This document shows, piece by piece, positions 24,603 through 36,820 of a stretch of 64,000 nucleotides of DNA (its first letter is position 1; each line of letters opens with the position of its first letter). The position numbers were made by a program, and so were the translations under genes. The stretch spans positions 2,619,078 to 2,683,077 of the forward strand of contig NC_068992.1 in NCBI RefSeq assembly GCF_001194135.2. The letters are read 5' to 3'. This DNA comes from Octopus bimaculoides. Its lineage: Eukaryota. Under the pieces are notes generated by a model that searched no databases, was not told the DNA's origin, and worked only from the letters and a program-made list of their open reading frames with translations.

Positions 24603-24850
24603 GAAGGTGGATGGCTCAGTGCTTAGAGTATTAGGCTCACAGCCATGAGGTAGTGAATTCGATCTCCAGACTGTGCTGTGTGTTTTGTTCTTGAGCAAGA
24701 CACTTTATTTCACATTGCTGCAGTTCACTCAGTTGTACAAATGATTTGTAGAAAGGCTGATACAGCTAGTGCCAAGCTGTATCAGCCTTTGCCTTTCTCT
24801 TGGATTACATCGGTAGTGTAGAGAGGGAAGACTTTTATGCATGAGTGACT
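24603..24850 (+). mobile_element. SINE family D (5' portion)
   Basis: GGATGGCTCAGTGCTTAGAG..GAATTCGATCTCC..TTCTTGAGCAAGACACTTTATTTCAC. Confidence 0.8.
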
Positions 24851-24968
24851 GTTTATGTATGTATTTATCTATCTACTGGTTTGTCTGTCTCTCTCTCTCT
24901 CCATGTATGTATGTACAACAGACCAATAGATAGATAGAGAGACAGACAGACAGAGACACAGACAAATA

Positions 24969-25216
24969 CCGTTCAAGCGTGGTTGATGCCAGTGCCACCT
25001 GACTGGCCCTTGTGCTGGTGGCACAAAAAAAGCATCCACTACACTCTTGGAATGGTTGGCATTAGGAAGGGCATCCAGCTGTAGAAACCTTGCCAGATCA
25101 GTTTGGTGCCTGGTACAGCCTCCTGGCTTGCCAGACCCCAGTCAAACCATCCAACCCATGCCAGCAAGGAAGGCAGACGTTAAACGATGACAATGACAAT
25201 GCTGATGATGATGATG
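24969..25216 (+). mobile_element. RTE-type 3' tail ending in (GAT)n
   Basis: GGTTGGCATTAGGAAGGGCATCCAGCTGTAGAAACC..CAGTCAAACCATCCAACCCATGCCAGC. Confidence 0.8.
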
Positions 25217-26824
25217 AAACATCATTTAACTTCAAATTCATCAATTAATTCATCTCTAGGAATATTCAGAGGTCTTAATGACAGAGAAGGGGATTTGAAC
25301 CCCTTGACCTATTGTTTTATGCAATCTATAATGAACAACACATCTCATTTCAGTTTATATACCCTCAGATCCATCTTGATGACAGGAGGTGCTCCTGAGA
25401 ATTTATTGTAACATTCATACTATTAAGCATTTAAATGACCTCTATCTTTTTATTAGTTTTGAAATCTTTGACTGTTGAGAAATTTAACCTCACTACTACA
25501 GCCTAACAGAAATATATCTGCTATACAGTACCCCAATTTTATACTGGAGTGAGCAGTACTTCATCGTGGTACCTATTTATTGTAATAGAAAATAAATCTG
25601 TTGTACATTAGACCCAATTTTATCCTGAAAGGTGTACTTCATTATAAGATCTATATATACTGTGATAGAAAATATATCACTGAAATGTAAAGATGTTACT
25701 TTGAAGACACTTTAGCCTTTGCAATGGAATATAGACTGCTGCAGGCTTAAGAAGAATTAGTTGCTTTTCGTTCATTGTATGGCACCTTGGCCAAGAATTT
25801 TTTTTGTTTTAATCATAGCTGACCTTTGGTTACCAAAGCTTTCTGAGTGAAATTTAGTGCACAGAAATTGTGTGAGGGTCATTATATAACAGAAAAAATG
25901 CAAGAAACATGACATAGAATTCTTCAGATAAATATATAAATGAATAAAAGACTATTTTGTCACACACTGACATTTATTAAGACAAATTACTTTCTGTTGA
26001 TGGAGTTTCTTCTCAATCATCATTAGAGCACAGTGTTGTTTAACTTGATAAAATGGTTGACATACAGTGCTGATTGCTAATCTTGATTAGTAATGGAAGC
26101 AATATTAGTATCAAACAGCAATCTTTATATCCTACTTAATGTGGATGTATTATTAAAACACTGAATACAGCGGTATTTGCCTTGAGAGGTCCTCTCATAT
26201 AGATGTATGATGCTAAGAGTGCAGACATATATCGTAGCAGATGAGAACCTTCTGGAATAAACACCAACTCTACCAGTTCCTATGATTTCCACATACTGTA
26301 TTTCCTCAGTGACAGGCATCTGGTTGCTGCATATCAGCTAAATCTTTTCTGCCAATGATATGTAGCATCACAGTGAGTTTTCAGTCACTGATGTCACAAA
26401 TTGCCAGCTGTTAACAAAAATATTTAGTTAATAGCCTAATTAGGTAAATTAATGAAATTTGAGGAGATTGAAATAAATAGTTGGAAAATTTACAAAACGA
26501 GTCATGCTTTCCTAATGCCAACCACTTTACAGCATGGATTGGGTACTTTGTACGTGACACCAGAAGTAGTGAGGTCACCAAATAATTTACAAGATAAGAT
26601 CCCTCAGCTGAAGGAGGGAGTTGTATTGAGGAAGGTGGCTCTGTGTTAGATGAAAGGAGTATGAGATGAGGGAATGAGACAAAAGGGAGAAGCTAAGACT
26701 TTTGCAGGGTTTCACATTGTAAATGAGGGATGAATTAATGATTCCGGGTAATATAACTAAAGGCCAGTAAGGTGAATATTATTGTTGTGTGATATTAACA
26801 TCTGCTTTGGACAAAATGATAACG

Positions 26825-27178
26825 GACTGAGATACCCGACACCTTGCTGTACTCAAGAAGATCCATACCTCACAGCAGTAATGTTGAGGCTGCTCCCCTA
26901 CATGAAGAGAGTTGGCCTGAAAGAGTCCTGTGTGAGTGTCATGTAAAAAGCATTTGTGGCAGTGCCATATGAAAGCACTCGTGTGGTGCCATGTAAAAGC
27001 CCCCAGCACACTCTCTAACACAGTTGGTGTTAGGAAGTGCATCCAGCCATAGAAACCATGCCAAATCAGAACCTGGAGCCTGGTGCAGCTCTCTGCTTTG
27101 CCAACTCTGGTCAGACAATCCAATCCATGCCAACATGGAAAACAGACATTAAATGATGACGATGATGATGATGATGAT
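26825..27178 (+). mobile_element. RTE-type 3' end ending in (GAT)n
   Basis: Internal repeats of GTGGTGCCATGTAAAAGC, then GTTAGGAAGTGCATCCAGCCATAGAAACCATGCC. Confidence 0.75.
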
Positions 27179-28015
27179 TAAAAAAACTAAGTTTCATTGG
27201 GTTGAGTTTGGAAATGGATGATGCTATGTAGTTCTGAGGGTTAGTAATTTTTTAATGTTTGATGGAAAGAAATGAAGAGAACTGAATGAATGCCATGTTT
27301 TCATGGAAAAAAAATGGTTGAACTAAATATCTGAAATGAGGTCATCAAAATTGAACAGAGAATTTTAAATGAAATAAAAAAAGACCAACCAGAAACAAGC
27401 AATTTCACGAAGTTTTACTAAAACACACAACATCAGTTGCTTTTTGTGTATTTTTTTTTTACATTGATTTAATGTAAGATAGTTGTTATAACCCTCAAGT
27501 GGCTTGAGTGACTCACATTCACAGTGTGTGCACATGTGAGAGCGAGAGAGAGAGAGAGAGAGAGCATGTGTGTGGGAACATGGTTCTCATAATGTCTGCT
27601 AACGCTTGCGCAGAGTTAAATTTTATGTTTTACTTTTTAAATGTAAATAATGTTTTACGTCTGCTATTTCTGCCAAAACAATGGCAATATCGAATTAACC
27701 AGGGAAAACAAAGATGTTGAAACATCAGGTTCAAAGTTCACAAGATTCTGGCAGATTTATCAGACTCTGCCAATGAATTGAATAAAATTCTAGATATTTC
27801 TAATTTTGCCCAAATATGTCAAAACTAATCATCACCACTAATTTCACACCAGGAATTAAATCATTTAAACATATAATACATGTTGTTAGGAATAAGTTCA
27901 GTTGTAATAAAGCATCTAAGGATAGAAATAATCATGTCATATGTTTTAATTTGTAGGGATTTTACATTTTTTTTTTTTGTAGTTTATTACCTTAATTATT
28001 TCATTTAATATGTGT

Positions 28016-28058
<43 letters not shown>

Positions 28059-28083
28059 GATTGTCATCTTGATTTTCTGATTC

Positions 28084-28520
28084 AGCAAATAAAGTGAGTT
28101 CACAGCTGTAACCTACACCAGCATCACACAACCAGCCCACTCATAAGTCCTTTGGATGGTAGGGCGACATGCCGTGCTTGAGGAGACCTATTGGGTCAAG
28201 TTCATCAACATCAATATCAAAATCAAATCAAATCAAATTAGAATCAAATGGAAATTGTAGCTGTGACCCGTGTGCCGGTGGCACATAAAAAGCACCATCC
28301 AAACATGGCCGATGCCAGTGCCACCTTGACTGGCTTCTGTGGCGGTGGCACGTAAAAGGTACCATCCAATTGTGGTCAATGCCAGCCCCCTCTGGCCCCT
28401 GTGCCAGTGGCACATAAAAAGCACCCACTACACTCTCGGAGTGGTTGGCATTAGGAAGGGCATCCAGCTGTAGAAACACAGCCAGATCAGATTGGGGCCT
28501 CAGCAACAATTGAACCCAGA
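28084..28520 (+). mobile_element. RTE 3' UTR, same subfamily as 863-1240
   Basis: Shared AAATAAAGTGAGTTCACAGCTGTAAC..GACATGCCGTGCTT..ATCAAATGGAAATTGTAG. Confidence 0.8.
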
Positions 28521-29374
28521 ACGTAAAGACGGACAGAATGCCACTAATCATTTTATCCACTAATGATTCTGGCAGCTGACCACCTTAAAACAGTTAGGAT
28601 ATTAAGGCTGGAGGCAGCTGACTTAAATACAAAAGGGTTAACAACTACACTGGTCTATCATAACTCCTCTCTTTCTTATTCTTATTGTTCATCTAGTTGC
28701 TGTTTGTCTTCTCCATCTCCCCCATCACAGCCATTTGGTTATTTACTCAAGTTTAGATTTAAAGTTGTTAATAGAATAGGCATTCAATGTTTCCCTCTGA
28801 GTATTTTGCTTCAACAATTTACTTGTCACTTCCTCATTACTTGCAAAACCGTTTTCTGCAGCAATCAATTCCAGTTAGCCAATAGTTACCATTGTCCTTG
28901 ATCACAACAATAAAAATAAAGCAGCAAAGTGTTTTTGCATGGTTCTGTAGAAATGAATACACAGAAGACAATTAATTGAAGCTTGGCTGTATCTGTTTGC
29001 ATTAAACACTGCCAGACTGTTAGGATGTCAGTTAATGGCATCTTTATTCTGCGGTTGTAGGAAGTTCTGTGGGATGCAAATCCCCCTGTTTTATTTAAAC
29101 ATTATATATATATATATATCTATATATATATATATATATATNNNNNNNNNNNNNNNNNNNNNNNNNNNNNNNNNNNNNNNNNNNNNNNNNNNNNNNNNNN
29201 NNNNNNNNNNNNNNNNNNNNNNNNNNNNNNNNNNNNNNNNNNNNNNNNNNNNNNNNNNNNNNNNNNNNNNNNNNNNNNNNNNNNNNNNNNNNNNNNNNNN
29301 NNNNNNNNNNNNNNNNNNNNNNNNNNNNNNNNNNNNNNNNNNNNNNNNNNNNNNNNNNNNNNNNNNNNNNNNNN

Positions 29375-29418
<44 letters not shown>

Positions 29419-29469
29419 TATATACATATATGTTGATATATGCTTGTCTGTGTGTGTCTATATATATAC

Positions 29470-29501
<32 letters not shown>

Positions 29502-29589
29502 ATGTATATATATATACATATATATGCATGTGTGTGTATGTATATATATACAAACACACACACACCACACATGTATAGATAGAATGATG

Positions 29590-29730
29590 ATAATCCTGAT
29601 GATGATGATGAGGAGGAGGAGGGGTATTTATTGCAGTAGCAGCAGCAGCAGCAGGTGGGACAACAGGGACAGCAGTAGCAGCAGCAGATGGGCCAGGTGT
29701 GACAGCAGTAGAAGGAGCAGGAAGAGGATG
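29590..29730. repeat. compound GAT/GAG/CAG trinucleotide tract
   Basis: Read directly; it explains the low-complexity ORFs at 29440-29820. Confidence 0.85.
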
Positions 29731-29830
29731 ATCTTATCATCATTTAAGGTCCATGGGTTGGACAGTTTGACCGGGTCTGGCAGATCTAAGGACTGCATCA
29801 TACTCCAGAATCTACTTTGATACAGTTTCT
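29728..29830 (-). mobile_element. RTE-type 3' tail fragment
   Basis: Plus strand ATCATCATTTAAGGTCCATGGGTTGGACAGTTTGACC is the reverse complement of the tail, with a deletion. Confidence 0.6.
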
Positions 29831-30173
29831 CATCTCCAAGGGGAGATAAGCCACAGCGTTTAGGTAGGGTTGAAGAGTGGAAGTAGAGAGTGGTGGATAA
29901 GCGGTGGGGAATGACTAGTGATGCTGGAGTTGGAGGAGGGAGTAGACAGAAACAGAAGAGAGAAAGGAAGAGGAACAGGAATGTAAGGATGATACATTTG
30001 ACTGAGGGTGGGGGAGGATGACGGAGAGAAAGAGAGAGAGATGATATGTAGTTAGGTAAGATGCAGAAGAAGGGTGGGGGAGAGAGGAAAGTATAGTGCA
30101 TGAAGAGAGCTATTATGGTGGTTTAGTGAATGGGCTGATCAATGTAACATGCGAGTGGAGAGGACTTTATTAG

Positions 30174-30394
30174 CCCTTCAGTATTCCGATTATTGTCAAA
30201 TGTAATGCTTATTTATTCGCATTGTTTTCAATTAATCATGCATTATCTCATAGTTTTGATATCTTAATGATGGTATTGTTTATTTTAGAGTGACTTTATA
30301 GGATAAGGTAGGTGTGAGAGGCTGGACCTGGTCAGTTGGACATAAAATGGACAAAATATTTGGGCCAGATATGGCTGGATTAAATGCTAAAAAG
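30174..30394. mobile_element. MITE with TTAA-type flanks (piggyBac-like)
   Basis: TTAG|CCCTTCAGTATT ... AATGCTAAAAAG|TTAA. Imperfect TIR, 8 of 12 positions match. Confidence 0.5.
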
Positions 30395-30584
30395 TTAATA
30401 GATAAAGAGTGACCAACAAGTGAAATGGTTCTGGGTAGCAAGGAAAATAGTGTTATGAAGGGAGAGCTGCAATGAGAGAGATGATAGGAAGAGATGAGGT
30501 CATGTGAGGCAGGGTTTCGGCAAAGGGCCTATTTATATATTTTTATATACACACAGCACTTCCAGAACTCAGTTTTGTGAAGAT

Positions 30585-31123
30585 GGAAGGGTCTTCTCTA
30601 GAACCACATCTTACCAGTCATCTCAGTCCTTTGTCATCTCCTCCAGGGGGCTCAGTGTCCTGAAGTCAGCCATCTCCACCTTGTCTCTTATCTTCCTGAG
30701 TTTCTCTCTTCTACAAGCTCCGTTCGCATTCAGTGATCGTCACATCTTTGTACAACCGTCTTCATCTATAATCACCGCATATTCATACCAGCACAGTCTA
30801 CATTCTTGCACACTACAGGATAAATTCTTCACTGAAATCATTCTAGATTCCCACTTTATTTACAGCATTTTTTGTACATGGTTTATACAGCACTCACAGG
30901 CCATTTGTCAATGTCTAATTTCCTTAGTGACCATCAGATTACAGTACATGGTACCCTGTCAAACGCCTTCTCCAGGTCAATGAATGCCAGGAATAATGGC
31001 TTACTCTTAGCCAAGTATTTCTTCTGCAGTTGTCTAACTGGAGAGATTGCATTCTTGATACTTCTTCCTGGCAAGAAGCCAAACTGCATCTCGTCTAAGT
31101 TTACCTTGTCATGAATCAAAGAT
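30585..31123 (-). mobile_element. RTE LINE RT fragment with internal deletion
   Basis: LIHDKVNLDEMQFGFLPGRS..FLAFIDLEKAFDRVP..WSLRKL joined at about 30820 to VQECRLCWYE..EEMTKD*DDW (RTE C-terminus). Confidence 0.9.
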
Positions 31124-31208
31124 ANNNNNNNNNNATATACAAACACACCACATATTTATGTATGTGTGTGTGTGCATACAAACAAATAGATAGATGTCTG
31201 TCTCTCTT

Positions 31209-31254
<46 letters not shown>

Positions 31255-31258
31255 AATA

Positions 31259-31630
31259 GGCACAGGCGTGTCTGAGTGGTAAGAAGTTTATTTTTCAATC
31301 ACATGGTTCTGGGTTCAGTCCCACTGTATGTCTTCTACGACAGCTTCAAGCCAACCAAAGCCTTGTAAGTGGAATTAGTGAATGGAAACCGAAAGAAGCC
31401 TGTCATATACATACGTATATGTGTGTGTGTGTGTTTGTCCTCCCACCATCCCTTCATAACCGGTGTTGGTGTATTTATGTCCCTGTAACTTAGTGGCTCA
31501 GCCAAAGAGATCGATAGAATAAGCACCAGGCTTACTAAGAAAGTATTTGGCTTGACTCATTCAACTAAAAACTCTTCAGAGCAGTGCCCCAGCAGGGCCA
31601 CAGTCTAATGATGGAAAGAAGTAAAAGATG
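31259..31630 (+). mobile_element. SINE family B, full length, with CR1-type tail
   Basis: Head, conserved body, internal (TA/GT)n, and tail CAGTGCCCCAGCAGGGCCACAGTCTAATG. Confidence 0.88.
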
Positions 31631-32086
31631 AAATATAAAAAGATGCTACATCTCTCCCTACCCATTGGTCTGTCTGTTTGTCCACCTGTCTGCCTGATTA
31701 TTTGTTTTTCACAGGGTATTAACCTCTGCTCTGTGACTGTTATAACATGTTTATATCGTTTATTATTGGCCACTCTGAGATTACCTGGATGTTTTTGATT
31801 ACATAATGCGTTTGATCATTTTGCAATGCCTTTGAGAATGCACTGCCAGAAATTGTATGCATATATCAGTTGTCTTTTCATGTATGCATACACACACACC
31901 TGTCTGTGTGTGTAGTGTGTGTGTGTTTGTAGTGTGTGTGTGTGTAGTGTGTGTGTATTGTGTGTGTGTGTTTAGTGTGTGTGTAGTGTGTGAAGTGTGT
32001 GTTTGTGTGTGTGTGTGTGAAGTGTGAGTTCGTGTGTGTGTTTATAGATATAGATATGTGTGTGGTGTGTCTGTGTGTATGTATAC

Positions 32087-32137
<51 letters not shown>

Positions 32138-33193
32138 GACAGAGACAGAGAGAGAGATCTATATAGATAGATTAATAGATAGATAGGCAGACAGGCAGAC
32201 AGATAGATAGATATATAGATAAATAGATATGTGTGGGGGTGGGTGTATGCATGTATCGCTTTTTCCTTAACTGATGTTGGTCAAAAGCAGGACATACTCT
32301 TCACCAATGTCAGATCAGAAGGAATTTCCAGCCTTAAGTCTGTACATATCTCTACGAATATACGCATAAAAAATTTACCTTATTTGTTTCTAACACAATT
32401 TCTCATCGTGCAATTATATGAACATACACAAGCACACATACACATACACGTATGAACACATGCATTCTCTCTCTCCTCTCTGTCTGTCTGTCTGTCTCAC
32501 CCTCTCTTTCTCTGGTATATATAATGTGCTGGAATCTATATGAAAATAGTTCTATCTTACCCACCAGGGTGAAGTAAAACATGGTTTTCTTCCTGTTCCA
32601 CCTCCTTCATTCTTCCCCAGCCCTCACTCTCTCTCTTCTCGAAGACTGTGTATTTCGGGAACATTTTGGTGGAGTCTTATTTTTTTTATCTGATTATGAA
32701 GACATTATCCCTACCTCACCCTGCCACCAATATATCCTTTGGATGACGCTGAACAAGGGTAGTAGTAGTAGTAGTAGTAGTAGTCGTGGTGGTGGTGGTG
32801 GTGGTGGTGGGTGGGTGTTTGGGNNNNNNNNNNNNNNNNNNNNNNNNNNNNNNNNNNNNNNNNNNNNNNNNNNNNNNNNNNNNNNNNNNNNNNNNNNNNN
32901 NNNNNNNNNNNNNNNNNNNNNNNNNNNNNNNNNNNNNNNTATGGCTAGTGGAATAACTACTTTGGATGCTATATCGGGACAAAATGCAAAAATGCAAAAT
33001 ATGAAAACCTTCAAGCCTCTCTTGAGGACAGTTATATCTGCTGGAAACACTGTTGTTGCTGTTGGCATTAAACCAGGTTAGAACCAGTGTGTACAGACTC
33101 GAGAAAACTGAAGCCTTTAACTGAAAATTACTGGATCTTTTCAACCATGACTTATTTCACTACAGCAGCAGCAGCAGCAACAACAACAACAAC

Positions 33194-33226
<33 letters not shown>

Positions 33227-33611
33227 GTGGTGGGTTGGTGGTGAAGGAAGATGGATATGGAGCCAATGGAATCTGTTTTCTTGTGTCAATATTAAACTAG
33301 AATAGTTTCTGTTGCTATGTCTTGAAAGAAGCCTCCTTACCATAATGTTTGAATTCTTGTCTTTTTCCAAAGTTTTTCGTCTTAATTTCACCATAAAAAA
33401 ATATTTGTATTTTTATAATGTTTATCATTTAGTATATTGCATCATATTTACCATATTCTATAATGTAATTGTAAAATATTATTGTTAAATTGACAGAAAT
33501 GTACATTGGGTTGTATGGGTAAGTTAAGTGAATGGAAGAGCTTAGAACGGAAATAAATATAAAAAAACTAGGAAGCTATTTTGAAGTCAGCACCACAAAA
33601 CCATAATACAT

Positions 33612-33690
33612 ATCATGATCATTTAACGTCCGTGTTCCCTGCTGGCATGGGTTAGAGGGTTTGACAGGATCCACTGGCCATGGAACTCAC
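33612..33690 (-). mobile_element. RTE-type 3' tail fragment
   Basis: ATCATTTAACGTCCGTGTTCCCTGCTGGCATGGGTTAGAGGGTTTGAC. Confidence 0.65.
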
Positions 33691-33825
33691 ACATTCAGGG
33701 AGTGTGGAGTCAGATACATATATATATGTATATATATATATATACGAAAAATAAGAAAATGGAAAGATATCAATTAATAAGTATATTTATTAACTGCTGT
33801 TTCCAACCTCTAATTGAGTTATATA

Positions 33826-33952
33826 TATTATTCAGTTCACTGCTTGGAATCGAACTCAGAATCTTGGGGTTAGTAGTCCATGCTCTTAACCACTACGCCA
33901 TATGCCCGTGGGCTAATGACCCCAAGATTCTGAGTTCGATTCCAGGCAGTGA

Positions 33953-33993
<41 letters not shown>

Positions 33994-34140
33994 TCGAAAA
34001 ATACCTTAGGAATGAGAACCCAGGTTCGAAATTTCCCCAAGACACCTGATGAAGGCTGGAGGGTATATCAGCTGAAACATTGTGTTAACAAGAAACAAGA
34101 TGAGGACAAATATCCGTCAAATGTAAATAATGTCAATAAT
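33826..34140 (+). mobile_element. PLE unit (33909-34140, hammerhead 34041-34086) preceded by an inverted tRNA-like module (33826-33907)
   Basis: GACAC CTGATGA AGGCTG GAGGGTATAT CAGCT GAAAC ATT GTGTT. The inversion junction GCCCGTGGGC is equivalent to GCCCATGGGC at 4406-4415. Confidence 0.88.
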
Positions 34141-34184
34141 ATACTAATTTATTTGTATGCCTTGTTTCTTACACACAACTCTTA

Positions 34185-34730
34185 GACACATTGGTTGAAG
34201 TTTCATAAAAACAAGAAATTCACTCGAGTAATCTGGTGACTGAGGCTCGTTCTCAATGACCAGTTTGGATCACACAGTGAGCTTGCTACTTTGGAAGCTG
34301 CTGGTTACTTGCTTTGGTTACAAATTTCAGTTGAAGTTAAATATTCCAATAAAATTTATGGGAGAGTTTTAACAGCTACTAACTTATGATTAACCTGAAC
34401 GAATAGGTAATTGCCCTGTGGGTGGTAACCAAAATGACAGTTGAGGAGCTTTACACAGAGACACATTGCTTGAAGTTTCGTAAAAGTGAGAAATATACTT
34501 GGGTAAGCTGGCAATTGAGGTTTATTCTCAATGACCAGTTTGGATCACACGAACTTTGGAAGCTGCTGGCTGCTTGCTTTGGTTACAAATTTCAGTTTAA
34601 TTTAAGAGAAGTTAATTGAAGTTAAACATTCCAATAAAGTTTATGGGAGGATTTTAACAGCTACTAACTTACAATTAACCTATAACAAATAGGTAATTGC
34701 CCTGTGTGCGGTAACCAACATGACAGTTGA
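34185..34730. repeat. diverged tandem duplication, period about 275 bp
   Basis: Units start GACACATTG at 34185 and 34460 and end ATGACAGTTGA. Shared TTCTCAATGACCAGTTTGGATCACAC. Confidence 0.92.
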
Positions 34731-35009
34731 ATTTTCTTGTTAGGGAGTACAGTAGGCTATTTGCAATATGCGGAGCCAAAATTATGGAGTGGTATAAATG
34801 GCTAAAAGCTTAGAATTAGTTTCCAAAGAGCTGTATTGGCAACAGAAGCTTTCCAGTTCAGTTTTCTAGGAAGCTGGTATTATTGTAGTACTAAACTTCT
34901 ACATTTCTGTGATTTCAATTTGCAGATCTTTATAGTGAGAAAGCTATTTGTATTCCTTTCTTGAGACATATTATTATTATTATTTTTATTATTATTATTA
35001 TTATTATTG

Positions 35010-35232
35010 AAGGTGGCAAGTCGGCAGAATCATTTGCACCCTGGGAGAAATGCTTAGTGGAATTTCATTTCTCAGTACATCCTGAGTTCAAATTCCGCTG
35101 AGGTTGACTTTACTTTTCTCCCTTTCAGAGTCAATAAATTAAGTAGTAGTGTTAACAACAAGCAAGATGAGGACAAATATTCATCAAATGTAAATAATGT
35201 AAATAATTTCTCATCTCTTAAATATAGAACTG
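35010..35232 (+). mobile_element. SINE C 5' part (35010-35145) fused to PLE 3' tail (35149-35232)
   Basis: GAGTTCAAATTCCGCTGAGGTTGACTTT..AAATTAAGTA, then GTGTTAACAACA..GAGGACAAATATT..TCTCATCTCTTAAATATAGAACTG. Confidence 0.8.
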
Positions 35233-36519
35233 TAATTAGTCAGCTAATGTGTGGCATGAACATTTGATCACAATAAAACAAATCCTTTCTGCAGGTTGTT
35301 TGGCAAAAGATGAACACTCACACATCTTCTTTGATGGGGAGAGTCCATCATCATCATCATCATCATCATTATTATTATTATTGTTATTATTTCTATTATT
35401 ATTATTGACTCACGTGTTGTGAAAGCAACTTTTTGATCTTCCCTTCAAAGCACATTCTATTTCAGGCACCACCAATTGAAATTTTTTTTGTTGCACTCAA
35501 TACCCAGCATGAAAATGCACATCATGAAATTACGCATCAATTTGCAAGGGTCTCTTGTTAGCTAGTATTGTAAGGGTTAGGAATAGAGTATTATAGGGGT
35601 TCCCAGGTTACAGTCCACCTCAGTCACTGGGCTATGAACCATTAACTGTTCCATGAAAAAGCTCCCACCACCTTCTCTAGAAGTTCTTTCAACCCTTTAC
35701 TCGTTAGATAATGCAGATGAAGGTGGCGTATAGGATGACACTGTTATTCCTGCAAGAAAACACTTGATAGACGATAGGATTCAGCTCCGAGTGAAACAAG
35801 TTGTTGGTAGAAATGTTACGAAGGAAACAAGAGAAATAAAATATTGTAATAGCATTATGGTGGAGGAGCAGGGTGGTGAGGCAGGGGATGTAGTTGAGTT
35901 AATGGCAATAATGTAGGGATTTTTTTTTTGTTTTTGTATGGGTGTAATAATGGTTATGAACATGGTAATGGTGGCAGCGGTGGTGGTGGTGGTGGTGGGT
36001 TAAAACTGAAGAACGTTAGGGTTGAAATGAAATTCTATCAAACGATGGGTCAAGGTCTGCAGATGCTTGAAGGGTATAAGAACACATCAAAAGAGCTGAG
36101 GAGAGAGGTGGGGTAGAGGAGAGAGAGAGAGAGAGAGAGTGTGTGAGAGAGAGGAGGGCGGGTGGAAAGGAATAGTTAGATGGGTAGAAGTGGGAGGAGT
36201 AAAGGTGAAGAGGTAGGTTGTGTAGAAACAAACAGAAACTTGGAATTTATAAAAAAAAAAAAAATATTTAAAGTTTCAAATTCCATGAAATTGTGGTTAG
36301 AAATGAAACCCAATAATTCTTTGAGAGAGAACTAATCAGGTTATTATTGTCTGCAAGGTTGAAATGAAATTATAGTGGCACCAACAAAAAAAGAATTAAA
36401 TAATTTGTATTCATTTATTTAGCTTAGTTTTATGAAATTGTATGAAAATGTATAAAATTGTTATACATTGATATGAAGTAAATCGTGAGAAATGATGAGG
36501 GGTTAAGCATTGAGACTGG

Positions 36520-36782
36520 CGTGTGCGTGTGTGTTTTTGTGAGTGTGTGTGTTTTTGTGAGTGTGTGTGTATTTTTGTGAGTGTGTGTGTGTTTTTGTGA
36601 GTGTGTGTGTGTGTGTTTTAGTGAGTGTGTGTGTGTTTTTTTGTGAGTTTCTGCGTGTGTGTGTTTGTGTGAGTCTGTGTTTGTGTGTGAGTGTGTTTGT
36701 GTGTGTGTTTTCGCATGTGTGTGTGAGTCTTTCTCTGTGTTTGTTTTTGGGTGTGTGTGTGTTTGTGAATCTGTGTATGGTA

Positions 36783-36815
<33 letters not shown>

Positions 36816-36820
36816 ATGCT
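36520..36820. repeat. GT-rich degenerate minisatellite (TTTTGTGAGTGTGTGTGT-like units)
   Basis: Read directly. Confidence 0.85.

Noticed and set aside
26100-26420. Possible mariner HTH remnant on the minus strand
   Set aside because: Only vague spacing similarity and no diagnostic motif.
32940-33144. ORF MASGITTLDAISGQNAKMQ.. and its antisense ORFs
   Set aside because: Starts at a gap edge, has no recognisable domain and no convincing splice pair.
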